Notes under the pieces: generated by a model
What the model was told of the DNA's origin: nothing
Databases searched by the model: none
The model's input: only the letters and a program-made list of their open reading frames with translations
Shown: piece by piece, positions 28,678 through 39,030 of the stretch
Layout: every line of letters begins with the position of its first letter
Position numbering within the stretch: position 1 is the stretch's first letter
Translations under genes and position numbers: made by a program
Origin: Aduncisulcus paluster
Taxonomy: Eukaryota
Assembly (NCBI GenBank): GCA_024181965.1
Contig: BQXS01000115.1
Coordinates: forward strand, 1-42,292
DNA: 42,292 bases
Reading direction: 5' to 3'

Positions 28678-30535
28678 CTACTTTTTCAAAGAAGATGTCG
28701 AAGCATCGTTCATCATCTTCACAATTTTGTCCATATATCCTCCCAACACACTATCAGCTCGACTGACAGCCAACTGACAAGCGTCCACAGTCACCCCTTT
28801 GTCATCTCCAACCGACGAGGCAATAGATCTGGCTTGAGAGAAGAGTCGAGTAGCCTCGGAATGATCTCCACTGCTCCGGGCAACTTGCCCAAGCTGATTC
28901 AATACAAAGCGGGCGTCCTTGATCGAGNNNNNNNNNNNNNNNNNNNNCAGCCAACTGACAAGCGTCCACAGTCACCCCTTTGTCATCTCCAACCGACGAG
29001 GCAATAGATCTGGCTTGAGAGAAGAGTCGAGTAGCCTCGGAATGATCTCCACTGCTCCGGGCAACTTGCCCAAGCTGATTCAATACAAAGCGGGCTTCCT
29101 TGATCGAGGGACCGCCACCCCCAAGAGAAGACTTTGTCCTCCGAAGATCTGTTGTCGAATCGAGACCAGACTTTGAACGTCTGCTTGGAAGAGTCTTAGA
29201 ACTCAATGAAGACTTTGACCCCAAGCGTGAGGAGGGAGCAAAGGATGTTGTGGCGATGGAAGACGCAGTCGCAAAGGACGTGGTATCGTAGATTGATGGA
29301 CGACTGGGTATTTTGCCCAAAGAAGACTGAGTACCCCTTTTAAGGGGGCTTTTAGCAGGGGATACCAGGGTGCTATTTGCGGCCTCAATTGCTTCTTTCA
29401 GGCCACTAGAATAAGTTTTTGATCCAGGAGATGTCATGGGAAGTCCCTGTTGAACTTTAAATGCCACAGATCGAGAAGGAGTCTCTGGTGATCCCAATAA
29501 TCTGTCCTTATCCTTGGAGAGAGCAAGAAAAGCACCAGGGGAGTATGAACTAGATTTCTCGAATTTCCCATACATTCCGCTTGATCCAATGCCAATACTA
29601 ACAGATAAATCGCCTTCTTCCATCAGAATGTCTTTCGATGTCGAGGCTGACAATGATGATTTTGATTCGGTTCTAGAGTCATATTTATGCAAAACGGTGG
29701 CATCGAGGACAAGATTCTTAATATCTTTGGAAGCATCCGATAGCTCTGCGTGTCTTTGGAGGGCAGAACGGGCAGTCTCAAAATCCCCTAAATAGTTACA
29801 CACTTGAGCCAAATTCACACATATTACTCGTTCGGCACTTCCTTTATCAGATATAGCGATGGCATGCGTTAAAGCCTCTGAAAACGCCTGACTGGCATCA
29901 GAATATTCACTGCATTCAGTTAAAGAAAGCCCAATATTATTATATCCTGTGGCAAGGTCTGCTGAAGTGATTGGGCATTGGGGAAGTGCATCTTGCTCAC
30001 GAAATTTCTCTTGAATCTCCAAACAGAGTTCAATATGTTGTTTATGATAGTGGATGGCCCGGTCAGGATGCCCAGCTAGATGTTCGGCACAGCCAAGAGC
30101 ATTGACGGCGACGACAAGAGCTCTCAAATCATCTATCCTATTGGCACATTCCAGATACTTCTCATATATGCGGACCGATTTCTCATACAATGCACAATTA
30201 TCATACAAAGTTCCTAAATTATACAACACAACGGCTTCGGCTTTAACACGGCGAGAACGACGACACGTTGAAGCAAGCATATTATAATCAGCTTCCATCT
30301 TTCTGTCAAGTCTTTTAGCACCTCCTACGATACGAGGACGTCCTTCGGGAGACAGTTCCATCGTAGCTCTTTGCATATGATTAAGAAGAGAAGGCCTCAT
30401 TCCTCGAATCCCACTGGATGGTACAAAAGAAGGAGTATCACCAGAAGTTCCTTTTGTAAAAACGGGCGGAAGAATTCTCCTCGGCAGACCTATTTTGAAT
30501 GGCTCATCTTTTAAAACAAGTTTCAAGCTTTTCAT
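28678..30535 (-). CDS. Tetratricopeptide-repeat protein (possibly TTC29-like), about 558 aa once the 181-nt gap artefact is removed
   Basis: TPR motifs LYNLGTLY, VNALGCAEH, YNNIGLSL, CVNLAQVC and LNQLGQVA. ORFs 28802..30535 and 28678..28902 merge across the duplicated segment. Confidence 0.85.
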
Positions 30536-30789
30536 GGCTAATATTTTTTATGTCTAATAAGATATGAGTTTTTTAGAGTAAAATTTATATTAGAATATGC
30601 TTTCGTGATAGCAAAACAGCAGATTTTGCCTAATCTTCGAGAAATCTCTCTAAAATGGAATATAAAGATTTCAATTTATTAAAATATGAGGTTGAATCCA
30701 GAGACTACATCGAAATTTATTGTCCAATCGGTAAACACTCTGGAAATGAAAACTTGCCGGTTTTCTTCCGAAATAATAATAATACTTAA

Positions 30790-31467
30790 ATGCTCGCCTC
30801 ACGAAGATGTTTTGTAGAGGTTCAAACTGACCAATATATTGAAGATCTCACAGAAGTTATTCCCGATAAAAATGTTTCTTGCCAGACCGATCCCTTCCTC
30901 GATAGACCGGTAGAACCCAAATTCATTCCCGAAAAACGTGGAATAGATAAGAGTACTGAGATTCTTCCTGGTGATTTATTTGATTTTGATGAGGCTGTTG
31001 AACCCTTGCTGGATTTGTTGGTTACTCACACTTGTGAAGTCGCATTCGTTAAAGTAATTGAAGAAGCAGAAATGAAACAGATGAGGGAAGCTAAAGAAAG
31101 GTTCCGTAAACTTCAACAAGAAGAACGTATTGCTGTACGTAGATTAGAGGAGGCTGAAAGCCGCCGTAAAGAAGAAACGATGCAAGTTTTGGCACAAAAC
31201 AAAGCTCGTCGTGAGAAAGAAGAAGCTCTTGCGCATAAAACGAAATGTGACGAATTTGCTAGACATTACACTCGTGATCTTATTGAAGATGCAATGGGTC
31301 ATCTTGATAGAGGTGGTTTCTTCCATGATCCTATCGCAAGAACTGTTGAAACAACAATGATACCATGGTTGGCAGATACAGTTGAAAGGAAAGTTAAGGA
31401 AATGTCTGTTGCTAGAAATTTAGTGGATCATCTTATAATGCATGCAATAAGAAAGAAATTAAAATAA
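30790..31467 (+). CDS. RSPH3: Radial spoke protein 3, 225 aa (short N-terminus)
   Basis: VQTDQYIEDL, CQTDPFLDRP, FIPEKRGIDKSTEILPGDLFDFDEAVEPLLDLLV, followed by a coiled coil and RGGFFHDP. Confidence 0.92.
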   Translation: MLASRRCFVEVQTDQYIEDLTEVIPDKNVSCQTDPFLDRPVEPKFIPEKRGIDKSTEILPGDLFDFDEAVEPLLDLLVTHTCEVAFVKVIEEAEMKQMREAKERFRKLQQEERIAVRRLEEAESRRKEETMQVLAQNKARREKEEALAHKTKCDEFARHYTRDLIEDAMGHLDRGGFFHDPIARTVETTMIPWLADTVERKVKEMSVARNLVDHLIMHAIRKKLK

Positions 31468-31784
31468 TCCATGCATCAGATTATGAATATTATTTTTATA
31501 TATTATGATTATTAGATAAATAAATACATTTTTTATGAATCCAAGAAAATTGTTACGAAAATGTAAATTTGTTTGCATCATAACTTATTTTAAGTTTTTT
31601 TCGCTTTGAATTTCTGTTTTCTCTTCTAATATACGAATTTTATGATAATATTAGCAATATTTCCACATTTTTTTCTGGATCATTTCAAATATGTCAATTC
31701 TGTCAGTTGATTCAACAGTCTTTTGTCAACTGCCGCTCCATCTCCACTACCTTTTTTATTAAAATCGTTGGAATATATTTTTGA

Positions 31785-32768
31785 ATGTCTTACGTTGGTT
31801 CCTCATCTTATGATAAACCTCTTTTTCATGCTGGGTATTCCCCAAGTGACACTTCTTCTTTTATTTCTAGAATGAGCAGTCCAATAACACACGATAGCAT
31901 TAGTATGCCTGCAAATGTCGAGAGTTATTGTGCTCCATGTGGAAAACGTAGATCTATACCCGACCCAATTCTAATTCCTTCTCATTCTCAAGAAAAACAG
32001 GTATACTATAAACAATATTCGGTTCAATATATTAAAAAATTAACAAAAAGTGATTATTTGATTCCCTATTATACTGGAAGCGGAGGTATTCCTTCCTATA
32101 TGCTATTTAATTCTTCTTTGCCTTTTTCTCAGAATATCCATCAAGTGAGTTTTCAACCGATAAATCCCCTTCCAACGTGTTCTCCTAAAGCATTTTCTTG
32201 TCCTTCCATCCGTCCTTCATTCGTTTCCTCGTCTGATTGTTCTTCACTACTTTCATCTCCAACAGATTCCATCAGAATTACCCATTCCCAACGTCAAATC
32301 GAATCATCCTCGCCAAAATGCTCGTTGGAATCAAAATATTTTGAAGAAGAATCTTCTAAAGTCACATCATCATTCCAAAAAAGAGGAAGGAAAATGAAAA
32401 AGAGTGTAAAAGGTCGAAAATGGACAGCCAAAGAAGATTCTCTTCTTCGAGATGGTGTTGCTAAGTACGGATCAAAGTCTTGGAATCTGATTGCTCAACA
32501 CGTTGGCACTGGTCGAAGCCAAGATTCTTGCCTTCAACGGTGGTATCGAAATATCGATCCCTCGATTAAAAAGGGGTTTTTTACAAGTAAGGATGATGAA
32601 AATATCATAGCTGCAGTCAAAAAATATGGATATAAATGGAGTCACGTCGCAAAAGAAATTGAGGGTCGAGTGGATATTAGTGTTCGAAACCGATTTAAAC
32701 TGATCGTAAAAAAGGGGAAAGTGCCACAATCCTTAATTAACGAAGCTCCTGAAGGGTTTTTTGATTGA
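31785..32768 (+). CDS. R2R3 Myb transcription factor, 327 aa, with C-terminal DNA-binding repeats
   Basis: KWTAKEDSLLRDGVAKYGSKSWNLIA...RSQDSCLQRW...DPSIKKGFFTSKDD...YGYKWSHVAKEIEGR...VRNRF. Confidence 0.93.
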   Translation: MSYVGSSSYDKPLFHAGYSPSDTSSFISRMSSPITHDSISMPANVESYCAPCGKRRSIPDPILIPSHSQEKQVYYKQYSVQYIKKLTKSDYLIPYYTGSGGIPSYMLFNSSLPFSQNIHQVSFQPINPLPTCSPKAFSCPSIRPSFVSSSDCSSLLSSPTDSIRITHSQRQIESSSPKCSLESKYFEEESSKVTSSFQKRGRKMKKSVKGRKWTAKEDSLLRDGVAKYGSKSWNLIAQHVGTGRSQDSCLQRWYRNIDPSIKKGFFTSKDDENIIAAVKKYGYKWSHVAKEIEGRVDISVRNRFKLIVKKGKVPQSLINEAPEGFFD

Positions 32769-33153
32769 TAATCACTCACAATTCATCGAAATCAACCTCT
32801 TGAATATCCAAAATTAGGTCTCTAAATTTATTCAATCTCAAAGGATTCCTTCAAATTTTTGCAATTAATCTCAGAAGAAAGCCTGGATTATCGAAATAAC
32901 AAGTAACAAACAACAAAATGATTACCAATTCGAGTAGTTAAAATATTTCTTCTTCATGAATGGCCTTTGAACGTTTTAATTCTATTTCAAGTAAAAATGT
33001 AATATCACAATAATGATTAATGAAAAATTGAAAAACATAGAATGTCTGTAAATATAATAATAAACAAAATCAAGGCGACATTTCAATATAAAAAACGGAT
33101 AAAATAATTTCATAACATGTTAGCCAAGACAGACAGATATACAATCGGATATT

Positions 33154-34458
33154 TCACATAAAATACATATTGTCACTCCCAGACTGCTGTGAATATCCTG
33201 ATTGTGGCATATATTGAGGTTGCATCATTGGTGGATGCTGAGGAGGGTATTGAGGCAGCGGAGGGGGAGGTGACAGAGGCATGGGTTGCATTGTTGGTGG
33301 AACCATTGTTGCCGATTGCATTGGCTGCATGACTGGGTATCTCGATATCGTAGGCTGAGAAGGAAGCATCGGAGGGGCGGTTCCAGGATAAAATTGTTGA
33401 GGAGCAATCATCACGGGGCCTTGAGGTGGTTTGACAGAAGATACGTTGTTGCTAGAGTCTTTACACGCCTTAGAACAGAATATAATTAAGAATATAGTGA
33501 AAAGAGCAGCCAATACAATAAATATTATGCCGAAGATAAGCATTGTGGAATATTCCTCGGGGCAAAGATTTCCACCATACTTGTTGAAGTAAATTCCACA
33601 AGGATCGTTCTTTAAATATACATCAAGGTTAATGTTATCAAGAGGAACTTCGGCAATAGCACCACAGCCAGTATTAAAGGAAAGATATCCCGGATTATAC
33701 ATATCATCCGCAATTAAATTAGAATCATGTTGTATTTCAATGGATGAATTAGAAAATCCAGTGAAAGAATCATTTGGATCAAGAAATAGGGCCACATGAC
33801 TTGGATACTGGTAGGATATACATGAAAACTCGAAACTAGTAAGGTCAAAGGAAGAATAACACTGTGTTTCGTACACTTTAGATTCACAAATATACCGGGG
33901 AATTGTCACATCATCAGAATATTCATGGCGCTGAAGCATAAGTTGAGATAGGGTATTACTATAACCAGTTCCGGCATCAGAAACTGAAAAATTCAGTTTC
34001 AGTCCATTTTCAAGACCATTTGCACCACTAAATGAGACTGAAAGACCAGAACTAGCAAAATTCGTAGATGTTTTCATTCCTTTCACTGGGAAAACTACTC
34101 CTTGTTTCTTAAGCTTATCAACATCCTTATCAGTAAAATCAGAAGAACATTCAAATGTTGAGGTTCCTGAAGCTAGATCAGAACCATAAATAGGGGAAAA
34201 ATTAGAATCAAAAGAATATGGGTTGGCTGCAGTAAGTGATAATTCAAGGGGATAAATGACATCATTAAAATCTAAAGTTGAATATACCCCTAAAAGAGCG
34301 CGCTCACTAAGGATTTGCGCGTATTCTTCAACATTTTCAAGATAGACTTTCCTTCTTCTGTTAGCCACAGTATATAGAGAAATTCCAAGACTGGAAAAAA
34401 GCAACCAAAAAATAATAAGAAATGTTCCAGCACAACAGTGCTTACCTTTTTTTGTCAT
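33154..34458 (-). CDS. Unknown two-TM membrane protein with a large Cys-containing loop and a Pro/Gln/Met-rich tail, 434 aa (paralog A)
   Basis: TM1 FLIIFWLLFSSLGISLYTV and TM2 LIFGIIFIVLAALFTIFLIIF; colinear similarity to the neighbouring gene. Confidence 0.85.
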   Translation of the reverse strand: MTKKGKHCCAGTFLIIFWLLFSSLGISLYTVANRRRKVYLENVEEYAQILSERALLGVYSTLDFNDVIYPLELSLTAANPYSFDSNFSPIYGSDLASGTSTFECSSDFTDKDVDKLKKQGVVFPVKGMKTSTNFASSGLSVSFSGANGLENGLKLNFSVSDAGTGYSNTLSQLMLQRHEYSDDVTIPRYICESKVYETQCYSSFDLTSFEFSCISYQYPSHVALFLDPNDSFTGFSNSSIEIQHDSNLIADDMYNPGYLSFNTGCGAIAEVPLDNINLDVYLKNDPCGIYFNKYGGNLCPEEYSTMLIFGIIFIVLAALFTIFLIIFCSKACKDSSNNVSSVKPPQGPVMIAPQQFYPGTAPPMLPSQPTISRYPVMQPMQSATMVPPTMQPMPLSPPPPLPQYPPQHPPMMQPQYMPQSGYSQQSGSDNMYFM

Positions 34459-34726
34459 TGTTCCACAAGATGGATCATCCAAAAAAATGATTTTTTGGAT
34501 CCGAGCAGAGTCAGCTCCTTTAATACTTTCAATTCTGAAAGGGGCCAAATTTACTAATTCAAATAAAATCAAACGGTTATTATTTCCCAAATTCCACCAA
34601 ACTTGATTCCCTTACACTCCACCGTTCCAAAACTACACTTCTTTTATTATGATCTTATTAAGTTGATATTTCTTATTATACAAAGATTTATTGTTAAATC
34701 GAAGAAACAGAACTCTCTAATATAGA

Positions 34727-35962
34727 TTAGAGGCCATAGACACCTTGTTGAGCGGGTTGTGACATCATTGGTTGTGAATAATCAGGTTGCATTCCAGGTT
34801 GCATCATTCCAGGTTGCATTCCAGGTTGCATCATTCCAGGTTGCATTCCAGGTTGCATCATTCCTGGTTGCATTCCAGGTTGCATCATTCCTGGTTGCAT
34901 CATACTAGGTTGAGCCTGGAGAGGAGAAGTCATCATGGCAGGCATGGGGGCAGGAGCGGGAGCTGGGATGGATTTCTTGGGTTTACCGGCACTAATGCAG
35001 CAACAAAGTGCAAGGATAACGACGAGAATACCACCACCACCAATTCCAACCATTACCCAACCGACCATTGTGAAAACTGAAGAATCGGAGCCAAAATCAT
35101 ATCCATAATCAACGGCAAAAATAGCACATGGGTCATCTTTAGCCCAGATTTCGATATCCAGGACATCTGGGAGAGTATCCAAAACACCACAGCTAGCGTC
35201 TAATGGATAATCAGTGTTGATATAAGAGTTACTGATATCATAAGTGAATGTGTAGCTGGAGGGGATGGTCATTTTAGAGGTCGAAGGATAGAATGAAGTG
35301 TTTGTGTCATTGACATCAATAGCAAAAACAACGGTATCCTGAACGTCGTATGACCAACAGGTATATTCATACTGATAATTGTATGAATCGTAAGCACCTC
35401 CACAAGCAGCATCATAGAAGGAAGAAAAACAGGGGTCATTAGTATAATTGGAATAGTCAACGTTATAATAATCTCGATCGATTTGAATATCAGTGAAAGA
35501 TTGGGAAGTGATACCATTGGAGATAGAATATTTCATAACTGTATTACTGGTCAAACTAACATCATTAGTGAGTGTAGCATACCCATAAGGATCAAAACTA
35601 GCAATACCATAAGGACTCACAAGAGGAAAAGTTACGCCTCTGATGGTAAGCTCGTCAATATCTTTTTGGGACATCTTTTCATCACATTGCATCGTAGACC
35701 ATGTGAAATCGTTGGCATACGCCTTGAGATAAGTACCATCGTAAGAATCCGTAATGTAGTTAGCAATAACATAACCTCCGGTAAATGTTGTTTGCATCTC
35801 GGCAACGGTATGAGATGCGCCGATACTAACAGCATAATTATCCAAATTAAGGTAATAGGCTGTAGTGGCGGCCGATCCAGAGATGGCGAAAACAATTCCT
35901 AGAATAAGGACAATAGAAAGAACTACAACAAAGATAATACCACAAAGACAAGCACTATTCAT
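34727..35962 (-). CDS. Unknown two-TM membrane protein with an (M)MQPG repeat tail, 411 aa (paralog B)
   Basis: TM1 IIFVVVLSIVLILGIVFAI and TM2 VGWVMVGIGGGGILVVILAL; shares the Cys pattern and KxDPC motif with paralog A. The 5' part is falsely duplicated across the gap. Confidence 0.85.
   Translation of the reverse strand: MNSACLCGIIFVVVLSIVLILGIVFAISGSAATTAYYLNLDNYAVSIGASHTVAEMQTTFTGGYVIANYITDSYDGTYLKAYANDFTWSTMQCDEKMSQKDIDELTIRGVTFPLVSPYGIASFDPYGYATLTNDVSLTSNTVMKYSISNGITSQSFTDIQIDRDYYNVDYSNYTNDPCFSSFYDAACGGAYDSYNYQYEYTCWSYDVQDTVVFAIDVNDTNTSFYPSTSKMTIPSSYTFTYDISNSYINTDYPLDASCGVLDTLPDVLDIEIWAKDDPCAIFAVDYGYDFGSDSSVFTMVGWVMVGIGGGGILVVILALCCCISAGKPKKSIPAPAPAPMPAMMTSPLQAQPSMMQPGMMQPGMQPGMMQPGMQPGMMQPGMQPGMMQPGMQPDYSQPMMSQPAQQGVYGL
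34784..34903. repeat. Coding minisatellite of alternating 15- and 12-bp units (MMQPG / MQPG)
   Basis: Iterated ccaggttgcatcatt and ccaggttgcatt. Confidence 0.9.
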
Positions 35963-36663
35963 TGTTAGACTGAAACAAAAAAAAAAGATGAAACAAAAAC
36001 ATAAATCTGCCATCATTGCATCGATCCAGTTCTTTTTTTGGAAAAATTCGGTATTGATGAAGATCAAGCAAAGCAATACAATAAATAAAAGCNNNNNNNN
36101 NNNNNNNNNNNNAAACAATTCCTAGAATAAGGACAATAGAAAGAACTACAACAAAGATAATACCACAAAGACAAGCACTATTCATTGTTAGACTGAAACA
36201 AAAAAAAAAGATGAAACAAAAACATAAATCTGCCATCATTGCATCGATCCAGTTCTTTTTTTGGAAAAATTCGGTATTGATGAAGATCAAGCAAAGCAAT
36301 ACAATAAATAAAAGCACAATAGTGTAATTTATTTTAATTTTCCAAGAGATAGTTAAAAATTTGACAAGAATGGAGGGAGATTTCGTCGAAATCATTTCGA
36401 TCGGATTACTTGGCAATATATAGCCTTCAAATTGGAGAATTATATTATCTAATCGTTATGTAAAGAAATTTAAAGGCAATCGTAGATTCTGCAGGTTGCC
36501 AGAATCACCATTATCAGAATCATGGCAATATATCATGGCAGCACCATTAGATGGCATTTATGAAGAAAAATTTGCAATGGGTTAGGGTTTTTGAACGAAA
36601 TAAACCAATATAAATCAAGGCACATTAAATTTCGAAAAGAGTTCCGAATTCTACAAGTTAGTA

Positions 36664-36681
36664 TGTGTGTGTGTGTGTGTG
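36664..36681. repeat. (TG)9 microsatellite
   Basis: Read directly. Confidence 0.9.
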
Positions 36682-36810
36682 CAGAACAAACTTTTGTTAT
36701 AAACTCGCCGACTGTCTGATTATCACGAGTCTCAGTACATTTTTGCATCTTTTTCAACACTATAAATATCAAAGAAGGTGACCCAATATTATCGAACGAT
36801 CAAACTCGAA

Positions 36811-37836
36811 TTATAATTTTTTCAGTTCTTCTTGAATATTTGCTGGATCTAACCGTGAAAAAGCGGAGATAAATGAAGCAAAACATATTGAAGTTCCAGA
36901 GTCTTGCAGGACAGAAGAAAGTTCTAAAGCTCTAAAGACGGATGAAGAAGAAGGAAGATCCTCTTCACTGATGCCACCCTTTGATAACGACATATAATGG
37001 TTGATGAATAGAGTATCAGATCTTTCAGAGGAAGAGGATGAAGATCTACGATGGAGTATTCCTTCTCGTCTTGAAATATCATCTGTCAGAACATGAAGGG
37101 ACAAAAATGAAGTCAAATGGTCAACAATAGACTCTTTTTTGAGGAGTTCTAAACACCATTTCGAAGAAACAAGAATATGAGGATCACATTCTGAATCATC
37201 CTCGATTTCTACGCTCGAATGGAACGATTGATCGTGGACATATTCGAAAATGCGACACACACTATACATAAATCTGGGAAAACATATAAATAAAGCTAAA
37301 AGAGGAAGCATGCGCTCACAACATAGAGCAGAGGGGGAAGAATCTTCTTCTTCAACAGAGAATTTTTCTTCTTGGATTTTAAGTTGAAAGGTCAGGGCTC
37401 TAACGGCTGATTCAAATGCTTGGCATACTTCTTCATCACAAACATCAGTGGGTTTTCCAGAAAACAGGGAAGGAGGTTGAATCCAGTCTAAACCGCGAGC
37501 AATTGTAAAGATATAATCAACAATATCAGTCGGAAAATCGGGAGAAAATAATATGAGAATTTGTTTCCAATCCTTTGCGGTCAACCAGCTATTCGATTGC
37601 TGCACCTTATCGAAAAATACGAAAATATGAGTGGCTAGGGATCTCCTAGTGGTAAAACTCGAAGAAATAAATGAATATTTTCGGCCTATTACTGCACTTC
37701 CTTGCATTACCGATTTAAAATAATCTCTCAGAAATACGGTAGGAACAGCTGGTCTACTTTTGTCAAGTATGGCCATTGCATCTTGTAAATGTTCTTCAAT
37801 TTGATGTTTTTTTAAATAATCCTCACCGTCTTGCAT
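36811..37836 (-). CDS. CSTPP1 (C11orf49)/TPGS1-family tubulin polyglutamylase complex regulator-like protein, 341 aa
   Basis: RIIa/D-D-like N-terminus EDYLKKHQIEEHLQDAM...RPAVPTVFLRDYFKSVMQG...RKYSFI, plus LTAKDWKQILILFSPDFP, which matches the family pattern LTxxxYxxLLxLLCPDFP. Confidence 0.7.
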   Translation of the reverse strand: MQDGEDYLKKHQIEEHLQDAMAILDKSRPAVPTVFLRDYFKSVMQGSAVIGRKYSFISSSFTTRRSLATHIFVFFDKVQQSNSWLTAKDWKQILILFSPDFPTDIVDYIFTIARGLDWIQPPSLFSGKPTDVCDEEVCQAFESAVRALTFQLKIQEEKFSVEEEDSSPSALCCERMLPLLALFICFPRFMYSVCRIFEYVHDQSFHSSVEIEDDSECDPHILVSSKWCLELLKKESIVDHLTSFLSLHVLTDDISRREGILHRRSSSSSSERSDTLFINHYMSLSKGGISEEDLPSSSSVFRALELSSVLQDSGTSICFASFISAFSRLDPANIQEELKKL

Positions 37837-38056
37837 TGAATATAATTTAGTAAATATGATGATAGTTTTGAGATCTTCCCAAATTAAGAATTGAATTCAA
37901 TGAAAGGAGTGAATCATAATTATCACTTGGAAATGAAAAAAGAATACAATAATACAAAATTGAAACTATAAAAATGCCTTTACTATTTACTTCTAATTAC
38001 AGACCTCCTCAAAAAAGGAAAATCAAGAAAAAAAGAATCTACCAAGTCTAAATCAT

Positions 38057-38651
38057 TTACTCTTGTTGACGGATCTTGCTCTTATCATTAACATTAAGAA
38101 CATGAAGCTTGTAACGACGGCATTCTTTCAAAATTTCCATACGGGATTTCTTGGAGACAGAAGAAGCAATCTCAACAGCGTAAATGTGGTTAAACATCAT
38201 AATAGTCTTAAGGTCCTCAACGTTGAAAACGCGGAACTTACGGAAACCGCAAGGAAGAAGGTCACGGTGCTTCTTGCAAGTTCCGTAACCAACGTTGGGC
38301 ATAGGAATAGTTCCACGGAAACGACGACGAACAACACCGTCGATACCCTTGGGCTTCCTCCAAGACTCACCAACACGCATGAAACGGTCGCTCTGGTGGC
38401 GGAAGAACTTCTTGGTACGTTTCTTAACAACCTTCACTCTCTTGATGGGAACTTGGTGCTTTGTAACCCTAAATTAATTTTGAATAGATATAAGGTAAAA
38501 AAAATGTTATATAAAAGATAAAAAAGTAATGTAAACATGATTTATAGAAAAAAGAGAAATAATTATGAAAATAATTAAAAATCAAAAGGATAAGCGTATA
38601 TATTAGAAATTAAATCAATCAAAATAAAGAAAATAAAGGTGCATACTTCAT
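38057..38651 (-). CDS. RPL32: 60S ribosomal protein L32 (eL32), 138 aa; coding exons 38651-38647 and 38468-38057
   Basis: VVKKRTKKFFRHQSDRF...WRKPKGIDGVVRRRFRG...PNVGYG. The start is recovered by splicing ATG AA|G GTT. Confidence 0.96.
38469..38646 (-). other. Spliceosomal intron, 178 nt (GTATGC...TTTAG), phase 2
   Basis: Supplies the otherwise missing ATG in frame; very T-rich on the coding strand. Confidence 0.85.
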
Positions 38652-39030
38652 CTAGACTTCCACAAAACTCCTGATTATGCTTTTGGGTTTGAAGTTGACT
38701 ATTTTTGGAATCGATGAGAATATGTTTCTCAACAAAAAAATATAAAGTACATTATTTATTCGATTTCTTCAAGACTGATTGTAATCATTATTGCACAATT
38801 TCATTCTCATATTTGCAAATTGAATCTTGATTCATCCAGTAAAATGGAAAAATGCATATCATCCATGTTGCATTAGCAATAGGGCTATATATAACATAAA
38901 TATAAGTAATGTTTTCTATATAAGAGTTTTATTATTTTTTCTTTTCTCTGTATCCCTCCAAACATCTCAGATGAGAAGAGATATTGGTTTGATGCTTTTG
39001 AGTTCAATTTATTATCCCTAATATTTATAT

